Below are positions 61,101 through 64,000 of a DNA stretch of 64,000 nucleotides, one piece after another (the first letter of the stretch is position 1; every line of letters begins with the position of its first letter). The notes beneath the pieces were generated by a model. That model searched no databases. It was not told the DNA's origin and saw only the letters and a list, made by a program, of their open reading frames with translations. The stretch is from positions 31,812,437 to 31,876,436 of the forward strand of contig NC_092672.1 in the NCBI RefSeq assembly GCF_964355755.1, read 5' to 3'. Position numbers and translations under genes: made by a program. Source of the DNA: Antedon mediterranea. Its lineage: Eukaryota > Animalia > Echinodermata.

Positions 61101-64000
61101 GCTATCGTCGATCGTTATATATAGTATAAATGACCTAAGCCTTAGTTGATATTTATAGCATGATAATAAATTCATTTATATTATTTATATTAATTAGGAA
61201 GGAGGAGCTTAATAACTTAAGTTATTAGAATTGTATGCCTTCTTTGTTGTTAATTAATCAATTAATTAGTATTTCCTGTCACCCTTTTGTTTGTTTTTTA
61301 TTTTTGTTTAATTCAATCACTTGATCTTGAAAATGGTTCCATGATGGTTCTGAAACGTCGATCTTCTTGTTTTTTGTCATTACATTTTATTGTAAAGATA
61401 ATAAATTCACCTCAAAAAAAAAAAAAATTCAAAACCAAATGTAAGTTGGTTATCTAAAGTCTTACAGCATAATACATGAAGGTAGATACTCTTTCATAAA
61501 GACATTATTATTATATCTACTCATAATTGTATGTATAACGACTATACCATTAGTTATACAATATATAAAAATAATATAAAAATATGGCAGCTACAACGTA
61601 ATCAAAAATATATTCAAGCTTTTCATTAAAAACCAGCATCCATCTACTGATTAATATCTCCATGGTGATCGGTTTATTTACATGTTTTTTTCCATTTAAA
61701 AATAAACGTCCTTTATATCATATTGCTCACACCACGTTATTTTGTGTCCTTTGTCTTTTGGAAAACAGTATTAAAATAGTAGGCCTAGTAAACAGAACAT
61801 TTTACGTTCAAAGGAGACGTAAACAGCCAACCTGGGCGCATAATGTTATTGCTATAACTTACTCAAGGTCAGGCGTTTGTCTATATTTATTTATAATGAA
61901 GATGGTCACTTTAGGTCGATTTATAAGCAACATCCATTTTCTATCGCCACTCGACTATTCAAATGAGAGAGATACTCACATAAATTGGCAGAGAACAAGG
62001 CCATATACATGGCTGTAGTCGCGTGCGCAAATTTGAGTTTGACCAAAATTGCTAAACAATTTTACAAAAATGTTGACACATTTTTAAAAATTTGCCTCCA
62101 AGTGTTTACCAACCGACCGACCAACCGAAATTGCAGACAATGTTAAAAATAGTTGAAAAATGTTTAAAAACATTTATATTTGCCTCCATTATTATATAGG
62201 CCTACTTTTCATAAATATGTTTATCACACCGTCATCATCACTATCATATTGCGTCATCATCACTATCATATTGCGTCATCATAACTATCATATTGCGTCC
62301 TCATCATCACTTCATAACTACCAGCCCTCGATTCTCAGTTCTGTATCTCCACATGATGATCACATATCACCATCTCGTCATATCATCACCAGTACAGTAT
62401 GATCATCATTCAGCCTCATAATTATTATCGGCTTTATCATCATTATCACGCTATCACCGTGATCATCCACTGCCGTTTTATTACTAACTGGCATAACTAA
62501 ATTGCTTGGGTCAGCCTATCATGACTATATTTCCTTCCTTGGCCTGACTATGCAAATTTGTATCGACAAATAAGCTACGTTCACGATTTGCATAACACCA
62601 GGTGGCAATGGACTGTTCCATTTTGCTAGACGATGGTCACAGCAATCACCTCAACCAAATTAAACATTATTGTCCATTCTTGTTTTCTGTTTTCAGATTG
62701 TCAATCTATACTCTTTGGCCAATGCCGTAACAACGTGGATGCCAATCGTTATCCAATGGTGCACATTAATTGGTTACGTCATCAACCCTATATTAATGGG
62801 CGTGGTTTGCGACCGATACAGAAAAGGATACATCCGTTGCCTCGGCAACCTTGGCTGCCTCATGGTAGAAAAATCAGAACGTGATCGATGTAAGCTTTTT
62901 TTTTTCATTACAGTACTACATTATCTATGGGCGGCCATTAAAGTCAAAATTAAAGTTACAAAAAAAAATGAAAAATAAAGTAATTATTTTTTTTATTCAA
63001 GACCTAATGGGTATAATTACCGCTCATATTAATAGTGATATGATTCAAAGAAAAGCATCTATACGTTATTGATGAATACACGAACTCGTTAATAGCAAAT
63101 TAAATATTAAACTAATATTTTCAGCAACAACATTATTAAGTAAGTTGAATAGATGTCAATAATAATTAATTATATAATAATAACTATATTATATATTATG
63201 TATTATGGATTATTGTATTAATTTAAAGTCTAGACAATATGTAAGCTTTTATATACATAATTATCCCCCATCAACCAAACTAAAGGGCCTTTCACAACTG
63301 CTCCAGTTTCGGAGCCAGAGCCGGACTGGAGCAGGTGCCAAAGACCATAAAAAAAAACCTATTATATGAATACAAGCGAGTTGACCAATGATAAGCCACT
63401 GTCGGAATAATCGCTTGTGATTAGTCAAATCACTTACGCTGCGTTACCTCCTTGCGTTGCGTCGCTAGTGGGAACCAAGCTTTATTGGGAAAAACGTGCT
63501 TGATTGATTCAAGCTGTTGGTATTCCTTACCTTGCTAGTGTTGCATTCGTAGTGTCCACTCATGGAGTAACTCCATGGTCCACTGCTAAACAGTACACTT
63601 GCATCCCATGGTCGTTATTTAGAGCTAAACTTATGAGTTTGTTATAATAATATGCTCTTTGTATTATTGTGTTACAGTTGTTCCCAGACAAGAAACATTG
63701 GACTCACTAGATAATGTTCCACCAACAGAAAATAAAATTGAATTTCATACCTCGATATGTGACGTCAGCGACACGTGGGAAGAAGAAGAAGTAAAGACCG
63801 GACTCGTTCTACAGCAATCGCTATCTGGTTTAAACCAGATGAACAGTCTAATCATTCCGAATGATGATGGTTTCGTTGTGGTGGATCAGGAGGAATACGA
63901 AAAAGACGAATCGACGTTTGAAAATGAAGCCTACGAAAATGAAAAAGAGGTTAAAGGTCATACTAGTCATACAAAAAACAATCGGAATTCTCACGATTTA
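55134..64000 (+). CDS. Class A orphan GPCR, GPR153/GPR162-like (3' end beyond the window)
   Basis: Exons 55134-55889, 62697-62889 and 63678->64000 (open to the window end). Seven hydrophobic segments and a very short N-terminus. AVAWLV, DRVW..KWP..Y.L.N..RQ, PTIIIEDEIGKK, WMPIVIQWC and CDRYR match remembered GPR153 motifs (AVGWLV, HRMW..CWP..Y.L.N..KQ, PTIVVEDAQGKR, CDRYR). Long acidic C-tail. Confidence 0.82.
56030..56126. repeat. 22-bp tandem repeat (AAACGCGTTGTTAGTTACAAT-like)
   Basis: 4-5 units are directly visible. Confidence 0.8.
58006..58311 (-). mobile_element. Non-autonomous Helitron, ~306 bp
   Basis: Minus strand reads A|TCTAATTATAC ... hairpin ACCCG-TT-CGGGT ... CTAG|T, i.e. TC/CTAG ends inserted between A and T with no TSD. 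Confidence 0.6.
59984..60138. mobile_element. MITE family 1 copy
   Basis: Both TIRs present, adjacent to a family-2 remnant. Confidence 0.78.
60524..60719. mobile_element. P-element-like MITE, second (inverted) copy
   Basis: Reverse-complement homologue of 16926-17150, with flanks GTTGAAC / GTTCAAC (7-bp TSD, one mismatch). Confidence 0.68.

Overview
AT-rich, intron-rich animal genomic DNA. An invertebrate deuterostome such as an echinoderm is plausible, but this is inferred from gene content and repeats and is not proven. I could splice six genes by hand using GT-AG introns with consistent phases: UBE2J2 (-), B3GALT6 (+, single coding exon), MEPCE (-), ZCWPW1 (+, head-to-head with MEPCE), NOC2L (-, 17 coding exons) and a GPR153/GPR162-like orphan GPCR (+, running off the window end). 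The human orthologues lie on 1p36 (UBE2J2, B3GALT6, NOC2L, GPR153) and 7q22.1 (the MEPCE-ZCWPW1 head-to-head pair), so the window looks like an unduplicated ancestral block. Introns are dense with non-autonomous elements: a three-deep nest of Helentron/HINE elements, Harbinger-, pogo/Tc1-, Kolobok- and P-type MITEs, a small Helitron and tRNA-derived SINEs. The leads most worth checking are (i) a 7SK-5'-end-like sequence in the 5'UTR of MEPCE, the 7SK capping enzyme, (ii) an invertebrate ZCWPW1 with intact reader domains and conserved linkage to MEPCE, (iii) a GPR153/162 pro-orthologue that retains DR and NP motifs, and (iv) TA-GGCC-TA and TA-CWG-TA micro-insertions that look like transposon excision footprints and cluster near promoters. 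Orthology calls rest on remembered human sequences, not on database searches.
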